The translations under genes were made by a program, and so were the position numbers. A model generated the notes under the pieces. The model was given only the letters and a program-made list of their open reading frames with translations, had not been told where the DNA came from and made no database searches. Below, piece after piece: positions 1-8,763 of a DNA stretch of 31,015 nucleotides (positions within the stretch are counted from its first letter, which is position 1; the number at the start of each line of letters is the position of its first letter). Where the stretch lies: the NCBI GenBank assembly GCA_024762925.1, contig JANTGM010000010.1, positions 64,001 through 95,015 on the forward strand, read 5' to 3'. Source of the DNA: Kofleriaceae bacterium (GTDB lineage Bacteria > Myxococcota_A > Polyangia > Haliangiales > Haliangiaceae).

Positions 1-742
1 CGAAGTTCCCCGAGTTCTGAAACACACCGTCGGCGCAGGCTCCAAAGTAAAGCGACTGCACGTTGCCGTTCTGGTGAACCACAAAGAAGTGGAGCTGGAG
101 GCAGCGGTGGACCCGAAGCCCGCAGCGGACCCAGCCGCCGACCCTGCCAACGAGGAAAAGGAAGGCGACAAGGAAGGCGACAAGGAAGGCGATGAGGCTG
201 AGGACAAAGAATCTGAGGCGGGAGAGCCCAAGACCGAGCGAAAACCGCTCACACCAGAAGAACTCGAAGTCATTACGAAGATTGCCAAGCAAGCTGCCGG
301 TATTAACGATGAGCGTGGAGACTCGATCGTAGTCCAGAACGTGCCATTCGAGGAGGCCCCGACCCTCGCACTCGATGAGCCTGCACCGTTCGCCAAGCCG
401 CTCTTCTCCAAGAACATGTTTTACGTGGCAAGTGCCGTTGTTGCCCTGCTGTTAATCGTCATTGTTCTCTTCATGACCCGACGCAAAGGTGGCAAGGAAA
501 TCGCCAAAGCACAGGTTCTCTCCCTTCCTGCTCCAATCTCTGAAGTTGAGCGCGTTCTCGAGTCCAGACGTTCACCAGCAGAGTTGCCAGCACCAGGGGA
601 TGGCCAAGAAGCAGACGTCGAGCTCAACTCGCAAAACGGTGACCTCTATGGTCGCGTCCTAACGACAGTACGATCTGACGCCGGGCATGCTGCTCGCGTC
701 CTCTCTGCACTCCTCGATGAAACAGCGAAAGAAGGCGCATAA
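1..742 (+). CDS. fliF: Flagellar M-ring protein FliF, C-terminal part (5' end outside window)
   Basis: Reading frame is open from position 2 with no upstream stop, so the gene runs in from before the window. Shows a conserved 'ERGDSIVVQNVPF' motif, then a TM helix (FYVASAVVALLLIVIVLF), then a ~80-aa cytoplasmic tail. That matches the FliF C-terminus that binds FliG. Sits immediately upstream of fliG with a TAATG stop/start overlap. Confidence 0.8.
   Translation, partial: EVPRVLKHTVGAGSKVKRLHVAVLVNHKEVELEAAVDPKPAADPAADPANEEKEGDKEGDKEGDEAEDKESEAGEPKTERKPLTPEELEVITKIAKQAAGINDERGDSIVVQNVPFEEAPTLALDEPAPFAKPLFSKNMFYVASAVVALLLIVIVLFMTRRKGGKEIAKAQVLSLPAPISEVERVLESRRSPAELPAPGDGQEADVELNSQNGDLYGRVLTTVRSDAGHAARVLSALLDETAKEGA
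158..193 (+). repeat. 3 x 12-bp in-frame tandem repeat (aaggaaggcgac) encoding (KEGD)3 inside fliF
   Basis: Direct reading: aaggaaggcgac / aaggaaggcgac / aaggaaggcgat. Confidence 0.9.
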
Positions 743-1791
743 TGGCTGCAGCATTATCAGTGGCGGATACAGCAGGTCCAAATGAAGGAGCGGAGCTAAG
801 CGGTCCGCAAACTGCTGCATTGGTACTTCTCTCACTCGACGAAGACACAGCTGCCAGCGTCATGCGCTTCATGACTGAAGATGATCTCGTGCAACTTGCC
901 AAGGTCGTCGACGAGCTCGATCCGATTCCATACGACAGTCTGGGGCCGGCACTTCGGACGTTTGAGCGTCGGCTACGCGAACCTGTTGTGAGTGGCAAGG
1001 GCGGCGAATACATGCGAAAGCTTGCAGAAACAGCGCTCGGTGCCGACAAAGCCGGGAGGCTCTTCGCTCCACCCGAGCCTCCCCCTCCCACCGCGATGAA
1101 GCGGCTGCACCACGCACGCACAGGCCTTCTTGCAGACTTGCTCGTTGAGGAGCATCCGCAAGTGGCGGCAGTAATCACCTCCCAACTTCCTGCGGGCCAA
1201 GCTTCCAAGGTACTTCGCGAGATGCCAGAGGATTTGCAGCTTGAAATCATCGCACGAATTGCGGGTCTTGAAGAGATTCCGCGCGATGCGCTCGAAGTGG
1301 CCTCTGAAGCGGTGGTGCGCGGGCTCGATGCGGCTGGGGGCGCCCAAGGTGCCGACAAACGCTCGAGCTTTGATGGCGTTGCCTACTGCGCCTCGCTTCT
1401 AAACGAGCTTCCCTCGGACGATACCGAAAGGCTCTTGGAAGAGCTTGAGGAAAATGACTTTGAGCAGGTTCCAAAGATTCGCGAAGCCATGTTCACCTTT
1501 GAGGATCTCTCCAACCTCGACAAACGATCATTGCAAACCCTCATGCGTGAGATTTCTTCTGAGGCACTGCTCACCTCACTTCGCACTGCGAGCGAAGCGG
1601 TTCGCGAGGTGTTCTTCGGAGCCGTTTCATCGCGAGCCGCCGAGACCATGCGCGAGGACTTGGAACTCATGCCGCCGAAGCGCCTTTCCGAGGTCGAAGA
1701 AGCGCAACGTGAAGTCATCGAGACAGCGATGCGTATGGCTTCCGAGGGACAAATCACGATGCCTGGCGGTGGCGGCGAGGAGATGGTCTAG
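742..1791 (+). CDS. fliG: Flagellar motor switch protein FliG
   Basis: 349 aa. N-terminal 'TAALVLLSLDEDTAASVMRFMTEDD', a middle domain, and a C-terminal 'MFTFEDL' motif typical of FliG. Position between fliF and fliH. Confidence 0.93.
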   Translation: MAAALSVADTAGPNEGAELSGPQTAALVLLSLDEDTAASVMRFMTEDDLVQLAKVVDELDPIPYDSLGPALRTFERRLREPVVSGKGGEYMRKLAETALGADKAGRLFAPPEPPPPTAMKRLHHARTGLLADLLVEEHPQVAAVITSQLPAGQASKVLREMPEDLQLEIIARIAGLEEIPRDALEVASEAVVRGLDAAGGAQGADKRSSFDGVAYCASLLNELPSDDTERLLEELEENDFEQVPKIREAMFTFEDLSNLDKRSLQTLMREISSEALLTSLRTASEAVREVFFGAVSSRAAETMREDLELMPPKRLSEVEEAQREVIETAMRMASEGQITMPGGGGEEMV

Positions 1792-1961
1792 TGTCGGATT
1801 CAAAAATCTTGCTCGCGCTCGCTCGGTTCTTCGCCCTCTGGGCGCCTTCGGCTCTGCGTTACTCTGCGCCTCACTTGCTCCAGCAAGCTCGTTGTTCGCG
1901 CCTTGCCAGAGAACGAACTCCCGTCGCGATCATCGATCAACTATTCTGGAGCCGACACTAG
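1791..1961 (+). CDS. Small 56-codon ORF (GTG start) coupled to fliG and fliH by TAGTG overlaps; may instead be a frameshifted FliH N-terminus
   Basis: GTG at 1791 overlaps the fliG stop (TAGTG). Its TAG at 1959-1961 overlaps the GTG of fliH (TAGTG). The peptide VSDSKILLALARFFALW... is hydrophobic and aromatic. There is no homology evidence. Confidence 0.25.
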   Translation: MSDSKILLALARFFALWAPSALRYSAPHLLQQARCSRLARERTPVAIIDQLFWSRH

Positions 1962-2647
1962 TGGCTCATATCGTTCGCTCTCTCACGTCCGTGATATCGG
2001 ATGCCGATAGCACGCCATCCTCTGTGGTGTCTCTTGAAGAGCTTCTCTGCGAGGGTGGGGAGCCGCCAGCAAAAGGCAGTTGCACACCACGACCACTGTT
2101 TCGCGAGCCAAAGCGCACATTTGACGCCAGCGCGCCTGAGTTCCAAGCACGTGTCGAAGAGGCCCGAGTCTTGGCTGTCCGTGATGTGCAAGAAGTGAAT
2201 AGCCGCGAACTTGCGGAGATCAACGAACGTTACGCAACGACCTTCATGCGCTTGGACGAAGCGATTGCATCCATTCCGAACGTCGTGACCTCCGAGGTCG
2301 TAGACCTTGCCCTCTTGGTCGCGCAGGAGATTCTTCATGCAGAACTCGCGGTGCGCGAAGACCTTGTCTTTGCCGCCGTTGAGAAGGCGCTATCCGGTGT
2401 TCCTCACGATGGCACCGTCACTGTGCGCATGAATCCTGATGACCTGGAAGCGGTGAAGACGCGCCTGGAAGACAGCGGCATGCTGGCAATGAATTGGGAA
2501 GCCGATACCAGTCTTCGACGAGGCGATAGTGTTGTGCAGATGCCCAGCCGCATCATCGATGCTTCGCTCGAAGCACGCTTAGAAGCCGTTCGTGACACAT
2601 TGGTTCGAACACTCATGGCTGAAGAGCAAGATGGAGACAGGGAGTAG
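1961..2647 (+). CDS. fliH: Flagellar assembly protein FliH (start uncertain: GTG 1961, or TTG 1892)
   Basis: The C-terminal half ('...LALLVAQEILHAELAVREDLVFAAVEKAL...VRMNPDDLEAVKTRLED...RIIDASLEARLEAVRDTL') resembles a FliH/ATPase-stator-like fold. Lies directly upstream of fliI with a TAGTG overlap. The long same-frame ORF listed from 1445 overlaps fliG and is not credible upstream of ~1790. Confidence 0.75.
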   Translation: MAHIVRSLTSVISDADSTPSSVVSLEELLCEGGEPPAKGSCTPRPLFREPKRTFDASAPEFQARVEEARVLAVRDVQEVNSRELAEINERYATTFMRLDEAIASIPNVVTSEVVDLALLVAQEILHAELAVREDLVFAAVEKALSGVPHDGTVTVRMNPDDLEAVKTRLEDSGMLAMNWEADTSLRRGDSVVQMPSRIIDASLEARLEAVRDTLVRTLMAEEQDGDRE

Positions 2648-3960
2648 TGCGCAGTACCACCCGAGATCGAATTCGAGGTGTATTGGCCCGTGAGGCGACT
2701 CCGGTCGTTATCGGCCGAGTTGTCAAGGTATCGGGCCTGCTCGTGGAGGTGACTCTCGATGGCATTCGCCTTGGCGAGCAACTCGAGATTATCGACGACG
2801 ACCGCTCGCTGCTTTGCGAAGTGGTTGGATTTCGCGATGAGTGCGTCTTGGCAATTCCGCTTGGCTCCATGCATGGGGTCCGGCCCGGCGCACCCGTTCG
2901 ACGATGTCCTGCTGCGAATACCGTTCCCGTCGGAGCAGCGCTGCTCGGTCGTGTCGTCGATGCATTTGCACAGCCCATCGACGGCTTGGGACCAATTGCC
3001 TGTGCCGCCGAACAAGATCTCAACAGCCCCGCACCTTCAGTTCATGGGCGGGCCGAAGTCGAACTTCGCTTCGACACCGGTGTGAGGGTCATTGATGGAA
3101 TGCTGACATGTGGTCGCGGTCAGCGCATGGGGATTTTTGCTGGTGCAGGTGTTGGCAAGAGTGTGCTTGTTGAGCAAATTGCGCGGCAGAGTTTTGCTGA
3201 TGTGATTGTCGTCGGCCTTATTGGCGAGCGTGGTAGGGAAGTTCGTGAGCTGCTGAGCAGTGCTGTTCGCGAATCGATGGTGATCGTCGCAGCGACTTCC
3301 GACAAGTCTCCGATGGAACGAGCTCGCGGAGCCAAGACAGCCACGGCAATTGCCGAGTACTTTCGAGATGAGGGCAAGAATGTCCTTTTGGTGATTGATT
3401 CGGTAACGCGATACGCTATGGCGCTTCGGGAAATTGGCTTGAGTGTCGGTGAGCCGCCAGCGACAAAGGGCTATCCACCGAGCGTCTTTGCAGAACTCCC
3501 ACGACTATTGGAGCGCGTTGCGCCAATGCAACACGGCGGCTCTATCACTGCGTTCTATACCGTGCTTGTGGAAGGAGATGACCTTAGCGATCCGGTTGCG
3601 GATTCCGCTCGATCCCTTCTCGATGGTCACATTGTTCTCTCGAGACACCACGCGAGTCGCGGTCAGTTTCCTGCGGTTGACATTCTTGAGTCGACATCTA
3701 GGGTTTCTTCGCAGGTGACCGATGATGACGTGCAAGGACTCACTAGACGCTGTCGCGAGCTCTTGGCGACGCGCAAGATGGTGGCTGATCTGCAGAGTCT
3801 CGGTGCCTACGTTGAGGGAAGCAATCCCGAATATGACGAAGCTCTGTTGTTGGGCAAGCAGATTGACCGATGGGCCGCGCAACGCCCAAATGAGCGCTCC
3901 GACTTTGAGGCGACAATTGGGCAGATGCTGGCGGCGATGCAACCTGGAGCTCCAAGTTGA
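2647..3960 (+). CDS. fliI: Flagellum-specific ATP synthase FliI
   Basis: Walker A 'GAGVGKSVL', Walker B region 'VLLVIDSVTRYA'. 437 aa. GTG start overlapping the fliH stop. Confidence 0.95.
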   Translation: MRSTTRDRIRGVLAREATPVVIGRVVKVSGLLVEVTLDGIRLGEQLEIIDDDRSLLCEVVGFRDECVLAIPLGSMHGVRPGAPVRRCPAANTVPVGAALLGRVVDAFAQPIDGLGPIACAAEQDLNSPAPSVHGRAEVELRFDTGVRVIDGMLTCGRGQRMGIFAGAGVGKSVLVEQIARQSFADVIVVGLIGERGREVRELLSSAVRESMVIVAATSDKSPMERARGAKTATAIAEYFRDEGKNVLLVIDSVTRYAMALREIGLSVGEPPATKGYPPSVFAELPRLLERVAPMQHGGSITAFYTVLVEGDDLSDPVADSARSLLDGHIVLSRHHASRGQFPAVDILESTSRVSSQVTDDDVQGLTRRCRELLATRKMVADLQSLGAYVEGSNPEYDEALLLGKQIDRWAAQRPNERSDFEATIGQMLAAMQPGAPS

Positions 3961-4400
3961 AAGATCGGCTGAAGATGCTCAAGCGAATCCAGGCGGCTCG
4001 TGAGCGAATTCGTGACGCTGCTGCCGCAGAACTGGCTGTGGCTGAGGCCGAACGCCAAAGACGCAACTCGCGCAAAGAGAACGCGGAGGAGACTCGCCGA
4101 GAAATCGTTCGGGAATCTGATGAGCGGCTCAAGATTGCGGCCCACATTGCCGAGATTGAGATCCTAGGGATAGAACTGGGTGGTGCCGACCAAGGGATTC
4201 GCGATGCGAATCGTGCGTTAGGTGAAGCCGATGAGAAGAGCAAGCAAGCAGCGGCTGTACTTCGTGGCTGCGAGCGACAGTTGAGATTGTCGGAACGTCT
4301 TGTTCTGGAGGCTCGCGTCGAAGTGAGCAAGATCGCGGATAGGAACGAGCAAGCGATGGTGGATGACATCATTGCTAGCCGATGGAGCAAGACGGAATGA
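3957..4400 (+). CDS. fliJ: Flagellar export chaperone FliJ
   Basis: 147-aa charged coiled-coil protein immediately after fliI (TTGA overlap). Alternative ATG at 3975. Confidence 0.7.
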   Translation: MKDRLKMLKRIQAARERIRDAAAAELAVAEAERQRRNSRKENAEETRREIVRESDERLKIAAHIAEIEILGIELGGADQGIRDANRALGEADEKSKQAAAVLRGCERQLRLSERLVLEARVEVSKIADRNEQAMVDDIIASRWSKTE

Positions 4401-5545
4401 CAATGATTGATGCATCAAAAGGTTTCGATTCGCTTGAGAGCACCCCTTCAAAAGGTCCGAAGCGGAAACGGAGTTTTACCGAGAAGATCGGCCACAGTGC
4501 GTTTGAAGAGGCTCTCTCAAAATCACAGAAAGATGAGAGCCACTGGGAAGCTGGGCTTCATGCAAGCACACTGGCGGAGACTCCAGCGAATACCGCATCT
4601 CATGCCGAGGGGCACTCTCATTCTGTTGAGGAAACTCATGCCAGCGCATCGGTTTCGGAAGAAGACCGCACTGGGGAAACCAGCCCTGCTGCAGAGGAGT
4701 TAGAAGTCGCATCCCCAGAGGAGACGACATCCGGGTCCCAAGTGGCGGTTGATGGGGAAGGTAAACCCGCAGCGGAGACGATCGCAGGTGATTTTGAACT
4801 CCCTGAAGACTCTTGGTCCGAGGCAGATGATGCGACGGATGGAGTGGTGGATGGAGAAACCGAGGCACCTGAAGTGGAGCTTGTGGCTGATTCGTCCGAT
4901 ACCCTGGAGCATGCTGGCGACGAGACATCCGAAGAGTTCTCAGAAGAGTCGCAGGCCAAAGGGAGCTCGATCGATGCAGATGCCGACGTGTCCTTTGAGG
5001 TTTCGAGCACCCCTGATGCCCCCCAGACGTCGGAGCCAATCGCGACAAATACGCCCCAAGCGCCCATCGCATCATCCGCTCCCGCCACGTTCGTGGAGAG
5101 TTTTGGGCGCCAAGCCTTTGCCAGGTCGACCCAGCTGCATCGTGCGCAAGCCACTGCTCCCGCCTCGCTTGATATGAATGACCTCGTCGAGCAAATCGCC
5201 AAAGTGCGAGGCAACATGTCAACAGGTCGAGCGCGAGTCGTGATTGGTGAAGGTAGCGACAGGCTGGCACTGACCGTTCTTCTCAAGAATGGAACCGTCA
5301 ATATAGATGCGAGAGTCGCAGATGCTGGTATGGCGCAATCGCTAGAACGCGGAACGGCAGAACTCTCAGAAGCTCTGGGCAAGCACGGCCTCTCGCTTGG
5401 CACGATGGATACCGGTGGCGGCAACCAGGGGACGTTTGGTCATCATGATGAACCAGCCACTTCTGTGTCCGCTGGGGCTGATCCTGTCTTGGAACCCACT
5501 TCGCAACCACAGAGACTTCGGCGTGGTGTACGCATTGTTGCCTGA
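4397..5545 (+). CDS. fliK: Flagellar hook-length control protein FliK
   Basis: ATGA overlap with the fliJ stop; an in-frame ATG also exists at 4382. Long acidic, disordered central region. C-terminal 'RARVVIGEGSDRLALTVLLKNGTVNIDARVADAGMAQSLERGTAELSEALGKHGLSLGTMD' matches the FliK C-terminal (Flg_hook) domain pattern. Confidence 0.75.
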   Translation: MTMIDASKGFDSLESTPSKGPKRKRSFTEKIGHSAFEEALSKSQKDESHWEAGLHASTLAETPANTASHAEGHSHSVEETHASASVSEEDRTGETSPAAEELEVASPEETTSGSQVAVDGEGKPAAETIAGDFELPEDSWSEADDATDGVVDGETEAPEVELVADSSDTLEHAGDETSEEFSEESQAKGSSIDADADVSFEVSSTPDAPQTSEPIATNTPQAPIASSAPATFVESFGRQAFARSTQLHRAQATAPASLDMNDLVEQIAKVRGNMSTGRARVVIGEGSDRLALTVLLKNGTVNIDARVADAGMAQSLERGTAELSEALGKHGLSLGTMDTGGGNQGTFGHHDEPATSVSAGADPVLEPTSQPQRLRRGVRIVA

Positions 5546-5586
5546 ACCCACAATTCATTGAATCGACTCAATAGAGTAGGAGATCT

Positions 5587-6243
5587 ATGCAAATAACCGA
5601 TGTAACAAACCCCGGGCTCTCCGGGTCGTCACAGCAGCCAGTTGAGAAATCTTCTAAGGAGGAGTTTCTGCAGCTTCTGGTCGCTCAGCTGGAGAATCAG
5701 AATCCTCTGGAACCACAGTCCGGCGCTGACTTCATTGCGCAGCTCGCACAGTTTGCTTCCGTCGAGCAAAGCGAAGAGACAAATACCCTCTTGGCCGACA
5801 TGCGCGCAGAGCAAATGGCTGCGTCCAGCGCAGCATTGGCAGGTTTTGTTGGCAAGGAAGCGAGTTTTCGAACCGATACGCTTAGGCTTGATGATGCATC
5901 CGCAGGAGTTCCGGATATGAACTATGAGCTCTCGGCCTCCACGCCCCACGCTAAAGCTGTGGTGATTGATGCGGAAGGCAACGAAGTTCGCAGTATTGAC
6001 TTAGGCGCACTTCCGCCTGGTGAGCACACTGTGCAGTGGGATGGCAAAGACAAGCTCGGCCAGACTGTAAAGGATGGGGACTACCGCATCGAAATTCGTA
6101 CCGAAGATGCGGAGGGAAATGAGAGCACAGTTCCCGCCAACGTTACCGGAGTCATCGACTCTCTCGATTTTTCCCAAGGATTTCCAATGATGCGTATCGG
6201 TGGGGCGTTGCTTGCTCCTGCTGATGTTCTTTCCATCGGCTAA
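5587..6243 (+). CDS. flgD: Flagellar hook assembly/capping protein FlgD
   Basis: N-terminal 'KEEFLQLLVAQLENQNPLEPQSGADFIAQLAQFASVEQ' is the FlgD signature. SD aggag 7 nt upstream. Position before flgE. Confidence 0.9.
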   Translation: MQITDVTNPGLSGSSQQPVEKSSKEEFLQLLVAQLENQNPLEPQSGADFIAQLAQFASVEQSEETNTLLADMRAEQMAASSAALAGFVGKEASFRTDTLRLDDASAGVPDMNYELSASTPHAKAVVIDAEGNEVRSIDLGALPPGEHTVQWDGKDKLGQTVKDGDYRIEIRTEDAEGNESTVPANVTGVIDSLDFSQGFPMMRIGGALLAPADVLSIG

Positions 6244-6252
6244 GGAGGCCAA

Positions 6253-7539
6253 ATGTCAATTTCAAGCAATCTATACACAGGTACCAGTGGACTCTCGGCA
6301 CACGGCGATGCGATCGGCGTGGTCGGTGACAACATCGCCAATGTCTCAACTGTGGGATTCAAGTCTTCTCGGGCGGGATTCTCAGATATTCTCGGAGGTG
6401 TGACTGCCAGGGGCCAACGTGTTGGTGTTGGCGTCCAACTTGGTGCTGTGCAGTCGCGTTTTGGGCAAGGCTCAATCCAGCAAACTGGCGGACCATTGGA
6501 TATGGCCGTTCGGGGCGATGGGTTCTTTGTCCTGCAAGGAGACAATGCTGGCGTTCCAGGGCAGTATTTCAGTCGAGATGGACGCTTTGCTCTCGATGAG
6601 AATGGCTTTGTTACCAACCCCAATGGACTTCGGCTTCAGGGCTACACGATTGCACCCGATGGAACTCAGAATACTTCTTTGGGTGACCTAGAGCTTGGCG
6701 CAGGGCAGAATCCACCACTTCCAACGAGCGCTGTGAATATGGTGCTTAACCTCAATGGCACTGACACGGCTCCTCCGGCCTTTGATCCGGCAGATCCGAA
6801 CAACACCTCCAACTTTGCTACCTCCATGACGGTCTATGATTCGTTGGGAAGTGAGCGTCGCGTAGACATGTACTTCCGAACGAGTGGCTCTGGAGCCTGG
6901 GAATGGCACGCCATGGTCGATGGAAGCGATGTTGCTGGTGGTACACCGGGCACACCGGTAGAGGCCGCCACCGGAACACTCCAGTTCAACGCTGATGGAG
7001 CACTCGACGTGGAGACTCCAGGTGCAGCAAGCATCGATTTTCTGGGAGCTGCGCCAGGGCAGAGCTTGGCCTTTGACTTTGGCGATGCCATTACAACCGA
7101 TGCAGGCACAGGGCTCACAGGAACAACACAATTCTCTGGTCCTTCATCGGTGAGCAGTCTCAACCAAGATGGCTACGGCTTTGGTGATTTAGTTGATATC
7201 GCAGTTTCCGACGATGGAACCATGGAAGGGCTCTTTTCAAATGGCCAGAGGCGCGCGATTGCTCGAGTAGCCTTGGCAGACTTCACAAGTGAAGATGGTC
7301 TTGCGAGAGCTGGTGGTGCACTCTTCACCGAAACTCCAGACTCTGGCCAAGCATTGATTGATGGAGCAGCGGTGGGGGGGCGCGGCGCGGTCACCTCAGG
7401 TGCGCTCGAGATGTCGAATGTAGATCTTGCAACTGAGCTCGTCACGATGATTTCCTATCAGCGAGCGTTCTCAGCAAACGTCAAGACAGTTACCACCGCT
7501 GATGAGATGCTTGCTGAGGTTTCGAGCCTTAAGCGATAG
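6253..7539 (+). CDS. flgE: Flagellar hook protein FlgE
   Basis: N-terminal 'GLSAHGDAIGVVGDNIANVSTVGFK' and C-terminal 'ALEMSNVDLATELVTMISYQRAFSANVKTV' flagellar-axial-protein motifs. 428 aa. Strong SD aaggagg. Confidence 0.92.
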   Translation: MSISSNLYTGTSGLSAHGDAIGVVGDNIANVSTVGFKSSRAGFSDILGGVTARGQRVGVGVQLGAVQSRFGQGSIQQTGGPLDMAVRGDGFFVLQGDNAGVPGQYFSRDGRFALDENGFVTNPNGLRLQGYTIAPDGTQNTSLGDLELGAGQNPPLPTSAVNMVLNLNGTDTAPPAFDPADPNNTSNFATSMTVYDSLGSERRVDMYFRTSGSGAWEWHAMVDGSDVAGGTPGTPVEAATGTLQFNADGALDVETPGAASIDFLGAAPGQSLAFDFGDAITTDAGTGLTGTTQFSGPSSVSSLNQDGYGFGDLVDIAVSDDGTMEGLFSNGQRRAIARVALADFTSEDGLARAGGALFTETPDSGQALIDGAAVGGRGAVTSGALEMSNVDLATELVTMISYQRAFSANVKTVTTADEMLAEVSSLKR

Positions 7540-7565
7540 CACAACGTTAGCTAGGTAGAATTCGT

Positions 7566-7599
7566 ACGGCCGACTCCGCCAATCTGGTGGGTCGGCCGT
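7566..7599 (+). terminator. Strong GC hairpin after flgE (acggccgac...gtcggccgt with an inner ccgcc/ggtgg extension). No U-tract, so possibly an RNA-stabilising stem-loop or weak terminator.
   Basis: A 9-bp perfect inverted repeat plus a 5-bp extension, read directly. Lies in the 186-bp gap between flgE and fliM. Confidence 0.4.
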
Positions 7600-7695
7600 T
7601 ACTCGTCGGCAATAAATCCACATCTGGATCGTCATTCTCGCCGACGCCTGTAGCGGATCCCCTCTGTAATTGCCTGAAAATACAGGGTATTGGGC

Positions 7696-7711
7696 TGGCG
7701 TGACGGTTGCA
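7696..7711 (+). promoter_or_regulatory. Candidate sigma-54 (-24/-12) promoter TGGCGTG-N4-TTGCA at the fliM start
   Basis: GG and GC are spaced exactly as in the consensus TGGCACG-N4-TTGCW. It lies 15 nt before the fliM ATG at 7726, so a transcript from it would be nearly leaderless. Confidence 0.3.
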
Positions 7712-7725
7712 GTCTCATTGCTCCG

Positions 7726-8763
7726 ATGAGTGACGCACCTCTTGACCCAAACGAACTCGAAGCGATTCAGGACGCTGTTCGCGAGGCGCAAGGCAAAGTT
7801 GATCGACCGAGCGCACCGCCGCCAATGATGAACATGAGCGAGGATGTCCTACCTCTCGCACTCATCGCGGATGATCGCGTGGCCGAGAGCGCACGACCAG
7901 CAGCAATGCGACTCGCTGAGCGCTGGGCAGAGTTGGCGGGGGCTCGCCTGAAGCATGTGCTCAAAGGCGAGGTCGAGATCAAAGTTGTTAGCGCCGAAGT
8001 AGTAGATGGAGGCGCACTTCGTGAAGAGCTCGAGCAGATGTGGTCCTGCGCTCTAAGTCTCTCCGACCGACCGGGCACCGCGCTTGTCGCTGTTGGCGGT
8101 CCAATGATTTCTGGAGTCGCAGCGCGGCTCTTGGGCGCTGTTAGTGAAGAGGGAGAAGATGATGAGCGGCCACCAACGGGCGCGTCACTCAAAGTCTTCG
8201 AGCCGGTGGGTAGAGCCTTGGTCGATACCTTGGTGATTCGTTGGGAAGGCCAAGACCGCTGCCGCATCGAAATTGACGAGACGGACGCTGGAACCGAGAT
8301 TGAGAAGCGCGCCCTCTGTGAAGCCGACGTGGTTGTGGCAGTCACGATGTCCGTCGATGGTCCGGTGAAGGGGCGCATTCGGCTTCTCTCTACGCCCGCT
8401 GTCATGGTGCCTCCTCCACAGCCCATCGAAGCTGTGCCAGCCGCGCCAGGTGCCATTGAGTGTGCGCTTGGTCAAGTAAACGTGGAAGTTCGGGTGGAGC
8501 TGGGACGCGCTCAATTGAGCATGGCAGAGCTCAAGAGAGTAAAACCCGGAACAATTCTTACCCTTGGACAGTTTGTGGATGACCCACTTCCCGTCGAATG
8601 CTCAGGGGTTGTAAAGGCGTATGGACGTGCCGTGGTGACACGAGGCGTCCTTGCCGTAGAAGTTGTAGGGGCCGCGTTGCCGGGAGGTCAGTTGGCCAGC
8701 GGTGAAGGCGGCACCCTTGGAGTAGCAGTTTCAGCTGCAGAAAGGCAGGCAAAAGTCGCATGA
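7726..8763 (+). CDS. fliM: Flagellar motor switch protein FliM
   Basis: N-terminal 'MSDAPLDPNELEAIQDAV' resembles the CheY-P-binding LSQxEIDALL peptide. C-terminal SpoA/FliN-like domain 'VEVRVELGRAQLSMAELKRVKPGTILTLGQ'. An in-frame TTG at 7690 is an alternative start. Confidence 0.88.
   Translation: MSDAPLDPNELEAIQDAVREAQGKVDRPSAPPPMMNMSEDVLPLALIADDRVAESARPAAMRLAERWAELAGARLKHVLKGEVEIKVVSAEVVDGGALREELEQMWSCALSLSDRPGTALVAVGGPMISGVAARLLGAVSEEGEDDERPPTGASLKVFEPVGRALVDTLVIRWEGQDRCRIEIDETDAGTEIEKRALCEADVVVAVTMSVDGPVKGRIRLLSTPAVMVPPPQPIEAVPAAPGAIECALGQVNVEVRVELGRAQLSMAELKRVKPGTILTLGQFVDDPLPVECSGVVKAYGRAVVTRGVLAVEVVGAALPGGQLASGEGGTLGVAVSAAERQAKVA

Noticed and set aside
1445-1960. 5' 170 codons of the 400-aa ORF 1445-2647 (overlapping fliG in another frame)
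   Set aside because: Arg/Cys/Ser-rich and overlaps the conserved fliG C-terminal domain. Only the portion downstream of ~1892/1961 resembles FliH.
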